Source: Isurus oxyrinchus
Lineage: Eukaryota
Direction of reading: 5' to 3'
Assembly: GCA_026770705.1 (NCBI GenBank)
Contig: JANJGN010000052.1
Span: 2,728,001 to 2,792,000 of the forward strand
Length of the DNA: 64,000 bases
The notes under the pieces are model-generated. The model did not search any database. It was given only the letters and a program-made list of their open reading frames with translations, and was not told the DNA's origin. A program made the position numbers and the translations under genes. Positions 26,130 through 37,689 of this stretch are shown piece by piece; position 1 is the stretch's first letter, and each line of letters opens with the position of its first letter.

Positions 26130-29100
26130 GCACACACACACATACACACTGANNNNNNNNNNNNNNNNNNNNNNNNNNNNNNNNNNNNNNNNNNNNNNNN
26201 NNNNNNNNNNNNNNNNNNNNNNNNNNNNNNNNNNNNNNNNNNNNNNNNNNNNNNNNNNNNNNNNNNNNNNNNNNNNNNNNNNNNNNNCACTGGATCACTC
26301 TGGATCACTGGCCTGGTTTTTGGGCTGTGTTGAAACATTCTGTTTAGATGCTCCTTTAAACCGATCTCTTTGACAAAGCTTTTGGTGAAACAAACATACG
26401 AACACAGGAATGAGGGGCAGGAGGAGGCCACTCAGCCCCTCGAGCCTGTTCCGCCTTTCCATAAGGTCATGGATGACCTGATTGTAACCTCCACCCCACA
26501 TTCCCTGCTCACCCCTGATGACCTTTCACCCCTTTGTGAATCAAGAACCTATCGAGCTGCGCCTTAAAAATATTCAAAGACTCTGTTTCCTGCCTTTTCA
26601 GGAAGAGTTCCAAAGCCTCACGACCCTCTGAGAGGAAACATTTTCTCCTCATCTCTGTCATAAATGATCAAACCCTTATTTTTAATCAGTGACGCCTAGT
26701 TCTAGCTTCTTCCACAAGAGGAAACATCCTCCCGACATCCACCCTGTCAAGGCCCCTCAGGATCTTAAATCTCTCAATCAGGTCTCCCCTTCCTCTTCTA
26801 AATTCCAGTGGATACAAGTCTAACTTGTCCAGCCCGTCCTCATAAGACAACCCGCCCATTCCTGGTGTTGGTCCAATAAACCTTCTCTGAACTGCTCCTG
26901 ATGCATTTACACCTTTCCCTAAATAAGGAGGCCAATACTGAACACAAAGCTCCAGATGTGGTCTCCCCAGCCCCCTGTATAACTGAAGTGTAACCTCCCT
27001 ACGTTTGGATTCAATGCCCCTCACAGTAAATCATAACATTCTATTCGCTTTCCGAATTACCTGCTGTTCCTGCACACTAACCTTTTGCGATTCATGCACT
27101 AGGACACCCAGATCCCTCTGAATCTCAGAGCTCTGCAATCTCTCACCATTGAGATAATAAGCTACTTTTTTATTCTCCCTGTCAAAATGGACAATGTCAC
27201 ATTTCCCCACATTGTGCAATATTTGCCCATTCACTTAACCTCTCTCTGTCAATTTGTAGCCTCCTTACACCCTCTTCACAAGGTCATCTGTCCTTAACAT
27301 CACCTCATGTGACTCAGGGTCTTGACAGGTTTTAGTCAACAGTAAACAGGCAGAAATTGGAGTTTGATTAATATTCATATATTTCATTGATCAAATTATC
27401 AATAAATGATACATTGAAAAGGGTGACCTGTATTTATTGAATGACCAGATCGTCACGAAACACTTTACAGTCAACGATATATGTTTGAAGCAATGTCATG
27501 TTGTAATGTAGGAAACACGGCACCAACCTGTGCACAGCAAGATCCCACAAAGCAAGGTGACAGTGATCTGATAATGTATTATTTTAATGAGGTTGTTTGA
27601 TACGTATATAGAGATCACATGTATAGGGTAGGTCACTAATGTCCATTTAGTGAGGAAAACCTGTCCATTTTAACAGGTCTGGGTGTGTATGTGACTCCAG
27701 TCTGTAACACCAACATGGTTAACTCTTACCTGCCCTCTGAACTGGTCTCCCAGTTTGGGACAAACCAGTGGTTCAGGAGGAAGACCCCCCACCACCTTCT
27801 CAAGGGGAAACTAGGGATGGACAATAAATGTCAGCATTGCCCGAGAATGAGTATTTAAACACTGAGTGAGTGTATCGCTTCTCGAGATACATCGGAGCAT
27901 CATTGTAAACCTGTAGTGCAGTAATTAATGGCTGTTTTTACAGGTAGAGACTCCAGTAAATGGACAGTAGGATTGTTCACGGCTGGGATCATGTTGAGTG
28001 TTTTCCTGGCTGGAATCTTCATCTTCATCTGTGTGAGAAAGTAAGTCTGAAGATTTAACTTGATTTTAATTTAAATATTTACTTCAAAGTTCTTTCCTTA
28101 AGTTGGTGATTGTTTCCCTTGGGATCAGCACCAGGTCCCTCTCTGTAAGTGATCCCTGTGTCCACTCTTATCCGGAGAGAACCTTTCATTGTCCTGTATC
28201 CAGGTAAACGATCACGAGACCCAGAGATTCCTCACTCTGCACGATTACTCCTGGATTGTATCAGGTCACCTTGTGATTCCACACAACCGGAGTGGTGGTT
28301 ATAACCATCAGGAACGATTGAACAGTCTGGGTATTGGGACTAATTGGACAGTTTTTTCAAAGGGCCAGCACAGGCACGATGGGCTGAGTGGCTTCCTCCT
28401 GAGCTGTGAGATTTTTAATTCTTACATCGAATGTGGCTGTCACTGGTGAGGCCGCTATTAATTGCCCATCTCTAATTGCCCCTTGAGAAGGAGGTAGTGA
28501 GCTGCCTTCTTGACCCACTACAGTCTATGTGGTGTAGGTACACCCACAGTGCTGTTAGAGAGGGAATTCCAGGATGTTAACCCAGCGACAGTGAAGGAAC
28601 GGTGATATATTTCCAAGTCAGGATGGTAAGTGACTTGGAGGGGAACTTCCAGGTGGTGGTGTTCCCATGTGTCTGCTGCCCTTGTCCTTCTAGATGGTAG
28701 AGGTCGTGGGTTTGGAAGGTGCTGTTGAAGGAGCCTTGCTGAGTTGCTGCAGTGCATCTTGTAGATGGTACACACACTGCTGCCACTGTGTGTTCATGGT
28801 GGAGGGAGTGAATGTTTAATGTGGGGGATGGGGTGTGGATCAATCGAGCTGCTTTGTTGTGGATGGTGTCAAGCTTCTTGATTCTGTGCTTTGTGCAGAA
28901 GTGATTTAAAGAGACAGTCCAGTCGTTGGTGTAAGGTTTTAGTGGGCTCTGTATCTGTGGTGCACTGACTCTCTGCTATATGATAACCACAGTGTGATAT
29001 TGTGTTATTGCAGGAGAAAGACAGCGATGGAGGAGAGAGTTTCAGGGACCAGTGACATTGCATTGAGCCCCAGTCCACTCTCTGTGAATCACCAGGTACA

Positions 29101-30773
29101 GGAGCTGTTTACACACTCCAAAGCTTCAATCTCAGTGTGTAGACAACATATGTCCTAGATTCCCTGCCCAGTTACCCACTGATTTGTACCTGTGGAGTCA
29201 GCAATGGTTCAGTATCATGCTGTCTCTCTGTTATGACACAGCAACTGGTAAAGGCTGTTGTTTAAAATCCCAGAAGGAAACTTTAAACAACTGTCATAAC
29301 CTATATTTCCCAGTGGAATGTTTGAGATGCAGCTTTAAATTCAGGAATAAGACCACCAGTTCTCGAGATGGGTTTATATCAAACTACATAAGCCATTTAT
29401 TAATTAACACAAGTTAAACATTTGCACATGGCTACAAGCTAGTATTATCATGGCTTTTTAACAAATTCCCAAACTAATCTCCTCTAACACAACCCATAGA
29501 CTTTAGGCAGATTCCAAGCAAAGCATTTTCACCTCACAAATTCCAAATGAGGTTCCTTTCACTTTGGTTCCTTTGCAGACAGGTGTAGGCTTACAGCTGC
29601 TTTGATGTTACAAGCCTCTGCTCTGCACACACAAAACTGCTCAAGTTATACCCAGCACTTTTCTTTGAATGTAAATTCTCATTGTATCATCAGGACCTTT
29701 GATCTCCATCTCTTCTAACTATAAATCCCCTTTCATTGTCTCAATTTTATTAGTAATATAAATGTTGATTGTTTTAAGATTTCGATCTCAGGCACTGAAT
29801 GCGCTGTTTAAAAATGCAAATTACCTCTTTGCCTCCCTGTTTACATCTCAAAACTACTATACATCAAAGTACCCAGACTGGCTGGCTTTAATCTAATTTA
29901 TACACACACAGACACACCCACAGAATAAACCTCTATTTTAATAAAAATAATTTCCAATAACATGATATTCATTAATCGCATCATGTCAGTCTCTCTCTCT
30001 ATCCCTACCTCTCTTTCTTTCTCTCTCTCTCTCACTCTCATTCTCTCTCTGATTACAAGGTTCATGTTAATGAGCCTCAGATCAGACACTTGAGTGCAGA
30101 ATCCAAACCAGCTCTCGCCAGAGCCATTACCGAGGGATTGCTGCACTGTCAGAGGGTCAGTACTGAGGGAGTGCTGCATTGTCGGACGGTCAGTACTGAG
30201 GAAGTGCTGCACTGTCGGAGGATCAGTGCAGAGGGAGTGCTGCACTGTTGGTGGGTCAGTACTGAGGGAGTGCTGCACTGTCGGAGGGTCAGTACTGAGG
30301 GAGTGCTGCACTGTCAGAGGGTCAGGACTGAGGGAGCGCTGCATTGTCGGATGGTCAGAACTGAGGGAGTGCTGCACTGTCACATGTGGTTTCTATCATA
30401 TGACATGAGAGAGAGCGTTAAACCTACTGAGACACGACCGACACTAGCGAGGCTGCACAATAATTTAACCCTATCAGTGCCAGTAAATGATGTGAGGATG
30501 TCTTCTGTTTCCATTTCTCTGTAGGGTAAACAGAACGTGCTGATTACTGAGCCCCGGAACACAACCAGAGACACAACTAGTGAGGGGGAGACCCCATCTC
30601 CCCGGGGTCTCTCTGAAGGTCCAGTGGGAGGCGATGCTGGACATGGGAACGCCGACAATCCCGCCGAGCTTCTCTACGCCAATCCCCAAGTCTTGAGGGT
30701 TTCCAGTGGTGATGGGTCTGTCCACAGGGAAGAGGAGACGGAATACGCACAGATTAGGTTCGAGCATAACTGA
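8101..30773 (+). CDS. Siglec-like receptor gene A (spliced: 8101-8140, 9063-9431, 10376-10672, 13611-13892, [20481-20858, 23961-24329], 27944-28040, 29014-29095, 30525-30773); 720 aa with all exons, 471 aa without V2/V3
   Basis: All exons have AG/GT borders and compatible phases (1-1 Ig exons, TM 1-2, cyto1 2-0), with no internal stops. Siglec V-set signature VTVQEGLCVQIPC...CSL..I...D.G.YFF. Confidence 0.75.
9063..9431 (+). CDS. Siglec-type Ig V-set exon V1
   Basis: ctccccag acceptor, G|GTAAGT donor, 369 nt. VTVQEGLCVQIPCHYSYP...GDCSLIINNIRREDAGPYFFKIE. Confidence 0.92.
10376..10672 (+). CDS. Siglec-type Ig C2-set exon (domain 2) of gene A
   Basis: 297 nt, phase 1-1. FTDKPTIFP..SCTFNTTCNG..PVLTW..SVLTLIP..HHGHTLSCRV, with the extra B-C loop Cys typical of Siglec domain 2. 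Confidence 0.92.
10845..12580 (-). mobile_element. CR1 LINE fragment (internally deleted)
   Basis: RT fragments VPEDWRMANVVPLLKKG..NYRPVSLTSVVGKLL and SGVPQGSVLG, plus a short-repeat 3' tail at ~10845-10870. Confidence 0.9.
12658..12860. mobile_element. Palindromic short element (Penelope-terminus/MITE-like)
   Basis: Arms 12716-12780 and 12794-12858 are inverted complements. A related one-armed copy lies at 44260-44392. Family assignment is from memory. Confidence 0.55.
13611..13892 (+). CDS. Ig C2/I-set exon (domain 3) of gene A
   Basis: 282 nt, phase 1-1. EGNSAVIICSVESFPASNLTW..DTGDYQCVAENEHG, several NxS/T sites. Confidence 0.92.
16330..18895 (+). mobile_element. CR1 LINE ORF2 (endonuclease + RT), degenerate, 3'-truncated
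   Basis: YFNARSL..ETW-like endonuclease start, RT motifs QHGFVKGRSCLT, LDFSKAFDKVPH, FADD, LVRPQLEYC, with stops and frameshifts. Confidence 0.92.
18896..20260 (-). mobile_element. LTR-element fragments
   Basis: 19950-20230 is the reverse complement of part of the solo LTR at 50036-50930. Abrupt junction with the CR1. Confidence 0.55.
20481..20858 (+). CDS. Siglec-type V-set exon V2 (divergent B-C/C-C' patch)
   Basis: 378 nt, intact splice sites, open frame, YYFR Arg retained. Confidence 0.85.
21095..22560 (+). mobile_element. L2-clade LINE 3' fragment with amplified pyrimidine-rich tail
   Basis: RPISSLSFTSKVLER..ETALIKVTN..LLDLSAAFDTLDH, LQLNIGKTE. Degenerate CCCTATCTCTGTAACCTCCTCCAG repeats at 22100-22480. 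Confidence 0.8.
22620..23020 (-). mobile_element. Ingi/Vingi-like non-LTR retroelement 3' fragment
   Basis: Translation GFQLPRPEWSLL followed by a frameshifted RTG..C and C.CG/H zinc-knuckle-like tail. Recognised from family motifs. Confidence 0.5.
23075..23850 (-). mobile_element. CR1 LINE 3' fragment
   Basis: QRDLGVLVHESQKV, RRNFLSQR..LWNSLPQRAVEA, CR1 3' UTR. Confidence 0.88.
23961..24329 (+). CDS. Siglec-type V-set exon V3
   Basis: 369 nt, intact splice sites, YPSCLENQ, YFFR. Confidence 0.87.
25038..26287. other. N runs flanked by CA repeats (gap or masked simple repeat)
   Basis: Directly visible. Further N runs at 53287-53536, 54458-54760, 55841-55983 and 57248-57434. Confidence 0.95.
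26395..27280 (-). mobile_element. CR1 LINE 3' fragment
   Basis: QRDLGVLVHESQKV, RPHLELCVQYWPP, RGDLIERFKILRG. Confidence 0.9.
27944..28040 (+). CDS. Gene A transmembrane exon (RDSSKWTVGLFTAGIMLSVFLAGIFIFICVRK)
   Basis: tttttacag acceptor, AA|GTAAGT donor. Uncharged 24-aa hydrophobic span followed by a basic stop-transfer. Confidence 0.9.
28420..28880 (-). mobile_element. LINE 3' end (CR1/L2 group); copies at 31340-31800 (-), 35270-36003 (+), 49935-51997 (+)
   Basis: Shared HHHLLKG / WNSLS..VGVPTP tail. RT motifs (SVLGPTIFSCFIND, ADD) in the 51 kb copy. Confidence 0.8.
29014..29095 (+). CDS. Gene A cytoplasmic exon 1 (RKTAMEERVSGTSDIALSPSPLSVNHQ)
   Basis: ttattgcag acceptor, CAG|GTACAG donor, phase 2-0. 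Three paralogous copies. Confidence 0.85.
30525..30773 (+). CDS. Gene A terminal exon, tail 1 (LLYANP...TEYAQI)
   Basis: ttctctgtag acceptor, ITSM TEYAQI, stop TGA, AATAAA at 31307. Confidence 0.88.
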   Translation, partial: GKQNVLITEPRNTTRDTTSEGETPSPRGLSEGPVGGDAGHGNADNPAELLYANPQVLRVSSGDGSVHREEETEYAQIRFEHN

Positions 30774-31931
30774 ATGAGAAATGGGGAGAGGGAGTGAGGA
30801 GGTGTGGGTGTGGGGGTAGGGATTGAGATTCCTGGGAACAGGAAACAACCCACCGGGGGACAGGGGGAGAGAGGGAGGAAGGGATGGGATTGGGCTGCAG
30901 TTGGTGTGGTTTGGAATGAAATGCTTCTCCAGAGAGGACTGGATGCTGAGCCATTGGGGACCGAGATTCACTGTCTCTCTCTGTCTCTCTCCCTCTCTCT
31001 CTCTCTCTCTGTCTCTGTCTTTCTTTCTGTGTCTGTCTCTCATTCTTTATCTCCAGCTCCTCCTTTAAGATGCCCGTTAATAACCTACTTTGTTAACTCA
31101 GCTGTTGGTCTCCTGTCCCTAATATCTCCTCATGTGCCTCAGAGTCAGGTGAAGATGTGACTAACAATCCCCGGATGAGCCTTGGGACGTTTTGCTACAT
31201 TGAAGGTGCTAAAGAAATGCAAGTTGTTGTAGTAACTCTGATCTGCTTCGATTAACAATGGAACCACAAAGGCTCCTTTGACAGGGCGTGTGTGCAGCAG
31301 GATCACAATAAATACATTGATCTGTGAGATTTTTAAATTCTTTCATCGAATGTGGCTGTCACTGGTGATGTCAGCATTAACGCCCATCCCTAATTGCCCT
31401 TGAGAAGGTGGTGGTGAGCTGCCTTCTTGACCCGCTGCGGTCCATGTGGTGTAGGTACACCCAAAGTGCTTTTAGAGAGGGAGTTCCAGGATTTTGACCC
31501 AGCGACAGTGAAGGAACGGTGATATATTTCCAAGTCAGGATGGTGAGTGACTTGGAGGGGAACTTCCAGGTGGTGGTGTTCCCATGTGTCTGCTGCCCTT
31601 GTCCTTCTAGATGGTAGAGGTCGTGGGTTTGGAAGGTGCTGTTGAAGGAGCCTTGCTGAGTTGCTGCAGTGCATCTTGTAGATGGTACACACACTGCTGC
31701 CACTGTGTGTTCGTGGTGGAGGGATTGAATGTTTAATGTGGTGGATGGGGTGTGGATCAATCGGGCTGCTTTGTTGTGGATGGTGTCAAGCTTCTTGATT
31801 CTGTGCTTTGTGCAGAAGTGATTTAAAGAGACAGTCCCATTCGTTGGTGTAAGGTTACAGTGTGCTCTGTGTCTGTGCTGCACTGACTCTCTGCTATATG
31901 ATAACCACAGTGTGATATTGTGTTATTGCAG

Positions 31932-32013
31932 GAGAAAGACAGCGATGGAGGAGAGAGTTTCAGGGACCAGAGACATTGCATTGAACCCCAGTTCACTCTC
32001 TGTGAAACACCAG
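31932..32013 (+). CDS. Duplicated cytoplasmic exon 1' (RKTAMEERVSGTRDIALNPSSLSVKHQ)
   Basis: Intact splice sites, 82 nt, same phases as 29014-29095. Confidence 0.75.
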
Positions 32014-33393
32014 GTACAGGAACTGTTTACCCTCACTCCAAAGCTTCACTCTCAGTGTGTAGACAACACATGTCCCAGATCCCCACTGATTTGTACCTGT
32101 GGAGTCAGCAATGGTTCAGTATCATGCTGTCTCTCTGTTATGACACAGCAACTGGTAAAGGCTGTTGTTTAAAATCCCAGAGGGAAACTTGAAACAACTG
32201 TCATAACCTATATTTCCCAGTGGAATGTTTGAGATGCATCTTTAAATTCAGGAATAAGACCATCAGTTCTTGAGATGGGTGTATATAAAACTACATGAGA
32301 CATTTATTAATTTACACAAGTTAAACATATGCATGTGGCTACAAACTAGTATTATCATAACTTTATAACAAATTCCCAAACTAATCTCCTCTAAGACAAC
32401 CCATAGACTTTAAGCAGATTCCAAGCAAAGCATTTTCAGCTCACAAATTCCAAATGAGGTTCTTTTCACTTTGGTTCCTTTGCAGACAGGTGAAGGCTTA
32501 CAGCTGCTTTGATGTTACAAGCCTCTGCTCTGCACACACAAAACTGCTCAAGTTATACCCAGTGCTTCTCTTTGAATGTAAATTCTCATTGTATCATCAG
32601 GACCTTTGAACTCCATCTCTTCTAACAATAAATCCCGTTTCATAGTATCAATTTTATTAGTAATATAAACATTGATTGGTTTAAGAATTCACTCCCAGGC
32701 TTTGAATCCTCCTTTTAAAAATGCAATATGCCTCTTTACCTCTTTGTTTACATCTCAAAACTACTATACATCAAAGTACCCAGACCGGCTGGCTTTAATC
32801 CAATTAAAACACACACACACACACCCACAGACTAAACCTCTGTTTAAAAAGACAATTTCCAATTACAGTACATACATGAATAGATTCAAAATCCTTCCTC
32901 TCTCTTTCTCATCATTTCTCTGATTACAAGTTTCATGTTATTGAGCCTCACACCAGGCACCTGAGTGCAGAATCTGAGCCAGCAGTCGCCAGAGACATTT
33001 CAGAGGGATTGCGAAACTGACAGAGGGTCAGTACTGAGGGAGTGCTGCACTGTCTGAGGGTCAGTACTGAGCGAGTGCTGCACTGTCGGAGGGTCAGTAC
33101 TGAGGGAGTGCTGCACTGTCGGAGGGTCAGTATTGAGGGAGTGCTGCACTGTCAGAGGGTCTGTACTGAGGGAGTGCTGCACTGTCGGATGGTCAGTATT
33201 GAGGGAGTGCTGCACTGTCAGAGGGTCAGTACTGAGGGAGTGCTGCATTGCCATAGGTGGTGACTTTTATATGATATGAGAGAAATTTAAACCCACCGAG
33301 ACATGACTGACACTAACGAGGCTGCACAATAATTTAACCCTATCAGTGCCAGTAAATGATGTGTGGATGCCTTCTGTTTCCATTTCTCTGTAG

Positions 33394-33642
33394 GGTAAAC
33401 AGAACGTGCTGATTACTGAGCCCCAGAACACAACCAGAGACACAACTAGTGAGGGGGAGACCCCAGCTCCCCGGGGTCTCTCTGAAGGTCCAGTGGGAGG
33501 TGATGCTGGACATGGAATCCTTGACAATCCCAACGACCTTCTCTACGCCAATCCCCAAGTCTTCAGGGTGCCCAGTGGTGATGGGTCTGTCCACAGGGAA
33601 GAGGAGACGGAATACGCACAGATCAGATTCAAGCGAAACTGA
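33394..33642 (+). CDS. Duplicated terminal exon, tail 2 (LLYANP...TEYAQI)
   Basis: Intact acceptor and ORF, AATAAA at 34242. Confidence 0.75.
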   Translation, partial: GKQNVLITEPQNTTRDTTSEGETPAPRGLSEGPVGGDAGHGILDNPNDLLYANPQVFRVPSGDGSVHREEETEYAQIRFKRN

Positions 33643-36029
33643 GTGTGAAACGGGGAGAGGGGGTGAGGATGTTTGTGGGTGGGGGCAGGGCTTAAGATTC
33701 CATGGAACATGAGACAACCCACTGGGGGACAGGGGGAGAGAGGGAGGAAGGGACTGAATGGATCTGTGGTTGGTGTGGTTTGGAATGAAATGTTTCCCCA
33801 GTGACGACTTGATGCTGAGTCATTGGGGACAGAGATTTAGTGTCACTCTCTCTCCTTCTCTGTCTCTCTATCTCTCTCTCCTTCTCTGTCTCTCTCTCTC
33901 TCTGTCTCTCTATCTCTCTTTCCTTCTCTGTCTGTCCCTCTCTCTCTATCTCTCTATCTCTCTCCCTCTGCTTCTCTATCTCTCTGTCTCTCTCTTCCTT
34001 TAACGTGGTCCTTATTAACTGCCTTTGTTAACTCAGCTTTTTGTCACCTGTCCCTAATATCTCATTATGTGTCTCAGAGATGGATTTATATGTGGTTAAC
34101 AATCCCCTGAAGAGCTTTGGGATAGTTTGCTACATTATGGCTGCTATATAAATGCAAGTTGTTGTAGTAATATTGATCTGCCTCGATTCAGAATGGAAAC
34201 ACGGAGGCTCCTTCGACAGGGCATGTGTGCAACAGGCTCGCAATAAATGCATTGCACAGCAACAACTAAGCATGTCCTTTGATGCTGATGCATCCCAGTC
34301 CAGCTGTGTGGACACATCACAACCGAGGGACTGCCTGACTGCGTGCAGCCAACATGGCCGAATAGTAATTAGCAGAAATGTGACGTCACTGAACCTTGTT
34401 AACATTTCAGAAAGTGCTTTCTGAATTCTGCAACTTGTTTATTCTGTGATAGATTACAAGAAGCCTTTGCATTTTCTATAATATTACATTTATTGTCACA
34501 AGGGATTGAAATGCCCAGACAACTCTGTACAGATATATTTTTATTAAACATCTTTCTCCAGGACAACCTTCCTGCTCCAATCTGTTATTTCATATCATTG
34601 CATTTCCCCACCAAATTATCAAAAATTCCTGTGTCCACATTTATCATGAAAATTTCCCATGTAAACATGTCACACTGTACTTACACTCTCTTGCCAGTGG
34701 TGGTGCTGTAGGTGCACCAAATTCTTTCTCAGAGACTGCAGGACACCTCCCAGTTATCTTTACAATATTATTAAGATACAGGAAATGGGGACAATCTTCA
34801 CCCTGTGTTTACGATATTGTTAAGACAGAGAGCTGGTGAAACCTCCCCCCCTCCACAGAGTTAAGGGCAGGGTCATTTCTGGCTGTGAGACCCCCACACT
34901 CATTCCATGCCCCCTGTTCATTTCTCCATCCCTGGTCTAACTTAGCGCTTTTACACATGAAGTGCGGGGCCCACAGGCAAGTGTGGAAGGGCTGCCCATC
35001 GCAGCTGGAACAAGGATCCTGGCGGGTCTCCCAGGAAAGAATGGCGGAGTGGGGGAGGGGGAGCAGTGGGGTCAATATCCACACCCTCCTCAACACCCCT
35101 ATCACTGTCACTACCAAGAGGGAACATCAGTCTCGAGACAGAGGCCAGAGCGTGACCAACTGAGACAAACTGAGACTGAAACCAGCATCAACCAGTGTCC
35201 CAGCAAATAAGGTCAGAGTAGGGGAAATGGGGTAAAGACAGATAGGTTCTTAATCTGAATGCACGCAAGAGGGAATCTAACCATCTATCCTTGATATTCA
35301 ATGGCAGCACCATCACTGAATCTCCCAGTGGTAACAGCCTGGGGGTTTCCATTGACGAGAATCTGAACTGGGTCAGCCACATAAACATTGTGGCTACAAG
35401 AGCAGTTCAGAGGCTGGGAATCCTGCGGTGAGTAACTCACCTCCTGACTCCTCAAATCCTGTCCATCATCAACATAGCACAAGGCAGGAGCGTGAATGGA
35501 ATACTCTCCACTTGCCTGGATGAGTGCAGCTCCAACAACACTCAAGAAGCTTGACACCACCCTGGACAAAGCAGCCCCGCTTGATTGTCTCCCCCTCAAC
35601 CACAGCAACACTCACTCCCTCCATCGTCAATGCACAGTGGCAGCAGTGTGTCCCATCTACAACATGAACTTCAGCAACTCAGCAAGGTTCCTTCAACAGC
35701 ACCTTCCAATCCCACAACCTCTACCATTGAGAAGGACAAGGGCAGCAGGCATAGGGGAACACCACCACCTGGAAGTTCCCCTCCAAGACACACATCATCC
35801 TGATTTTGAAATATATCGCCGTCCCTTCACTGCCACTTGGTCAAAATCTTGGACTTCCTTCTCTAACAGCATTGTGGGTGTACCTACACCACATGGAGTG
35901 CAGAGGTTCAGGAAGGCAGCTCACCACCACCTTCTCAAGGTAATTAGGGATGGGCCATAAATGCTGGCCTAGCCAGTGATGCCCACTTCCCATGGAAGAA
36001 TGAATATATAAAATATAAACTTGGAACAA

Positions 36030-37685
36030 AATGAATTAAGTCATAGCACAAATAGAGATTAATGGGTACGATAAGATGGACACTGCAGAGAGTTGGTTGC
36101 AAGGTGACCAAGGTTGGAAATTGAAAATTGAAGGATATTTGGAATCTTTGAAAGGATAGGAAAAATGAAAAGGAGGTGGGGTAGCTCTCTCAATAAAAGA
36201 TGAGACCTCTGAAGTAGTGAGAAATGATTTTGGCTCAGATGTCAAGATGCACAGTCAGTTTGGGTGAATATAAGGAATTGCAAGGGAAAGAAATCTCTGA
36301 TGGGTTGGTTTATACTCCCCCCTGACAGTGGTTACACTGCAGGGATAGATTATAAATCAATACATGAGGAGGTCTGTGAGAAAGGCACCACATTAATCAT
36401 GGGAGTTTTCAATCGTCATATCGATTAGACAAATCAGATTAGCAAATGTAGCTTTCAGCGAGGTTATACAGATTGTATTCAGGACAGTATTTGAGAACAA
36501 TCCAACATAGAACCAACCAGGGAAGAGGCTGTTTTAGACCTGGCAATGTTTAACGAGACAAGACTAATTACCATCTCATTGTAAAGGATCCTCAAGGGAA
36601 GAGTAATCATACGGTGTTGAAATTTAATATTCAAATTAGAAACTTGGGTCTGAAGCTAGTGTCATAAACTTAACTAAAGGCAATTACAAGGGTTAAAAGT
36701 AGAGTCAGCCCAAGTAGGGTGGGACAGCAGGTTAAAGGGGGGGGGGGGGGGGTAGATGAGGAGTAACAGGCGTCTAAAGAGATGTTTCATAAATGCCAAT
36801 GAAGATATTTTCCAGTAAGAAAGAAAGAATCTATAAGAAGGATGGAGCATCGGCGGCTAACTCAGGAAGCTAAGGACGGTATCCAGTTGTGAGATAAAGC
36901 CGGCAATGTTGGGATGCTTAGTGATAGGCTGGAGATTGGGAATATTTGAGAAACCAGAAAAGTGAGGGAAGAAATATAAGGAGGCAGAAATGATGATATG
37001 AGAGTAACCTAGCAAGAACCATAAACAATGACAGTGAGATGTTGTACATTAAAATAAGAGAGAAGCTACAGTAATAATGGGACACATAGAAAATCAGACT
37101 GGGGAATTAATAATGGGAAACAAGGAAATGACAGAGACTTTCAACAAGAATTTTGTGTCTGTCTTCACAGTAAAAATCTCTAAAACCATCCCAATAGCAG
37201 GAGAAAGTCACGGTGCAACAAGGAGGGAGGAACATAAAACAATCACTATCACCAGAGAAAAAGTATTAAGAAAACTAATGAGACAAATGCTGACAAGTCC
37301 CATGGAGCAGACGGCCTGAATGTGAGGGTCTGAAAGGAAATGGCTGCAGAGACGGTGGATGCATTGGTTGTAATCTTCCAGAATTCCTTAGATTATGGGA
37401 AGGTCCCAGCGGATTGGAAAAACATAAATGAAACATTTCTGTTCAATAAAGGGGGGAGGTAGAAAGCAAGAAACTACAGGTCAGTTAGTCTAACATCTGT
37501 CATTGGGAAAATACCAGAATTCATTATGAAGGAGGGAGCAGCAGGACATTTAGAAATCCATAATTCAATCAGACAGAGTCAACATGGGTTTGTGAAAGGG
37601 ATATCATGTTTGAAAAAATAATTAGATTTCCTCGAGGATGTAACAAGTGGATTGGATAAAGGGGAACCTGTAGACGTGGTGTATT
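36030..37685 (+). mobile_element. Old degenerate CR1 LINE fragment
   Basis: Fragmentary endonuclease/RT similarity (ELIMGNKEMTETFNKNFVSVFT; NYRSVSLTSVIGK). Confidence 0.75.
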
Positions 37686-37689
37686 AGGG

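Larger units (their letters stand above)
28404..34255 (+). repeat. ~2.9-kb tandem segmental duplication carrying both cytoplasmic exons
   Basis: 28404-31320 aligns to 31322-34255 (offset 2918 at cyto exon 1), including LINE, LTR-like piece, minisatellite, exons and polyA signal. Confidence 0.92.

Noticed and set aside
24945-26431. Long ORFs of 400-484 aa
   Set aside because: Artefacts of N runs and CA repeats.
27944-28040. Activating DAP12/FcR-gamma-coupled receptor
   Set aside because: No Lys/Arg within the hydrophobic span.
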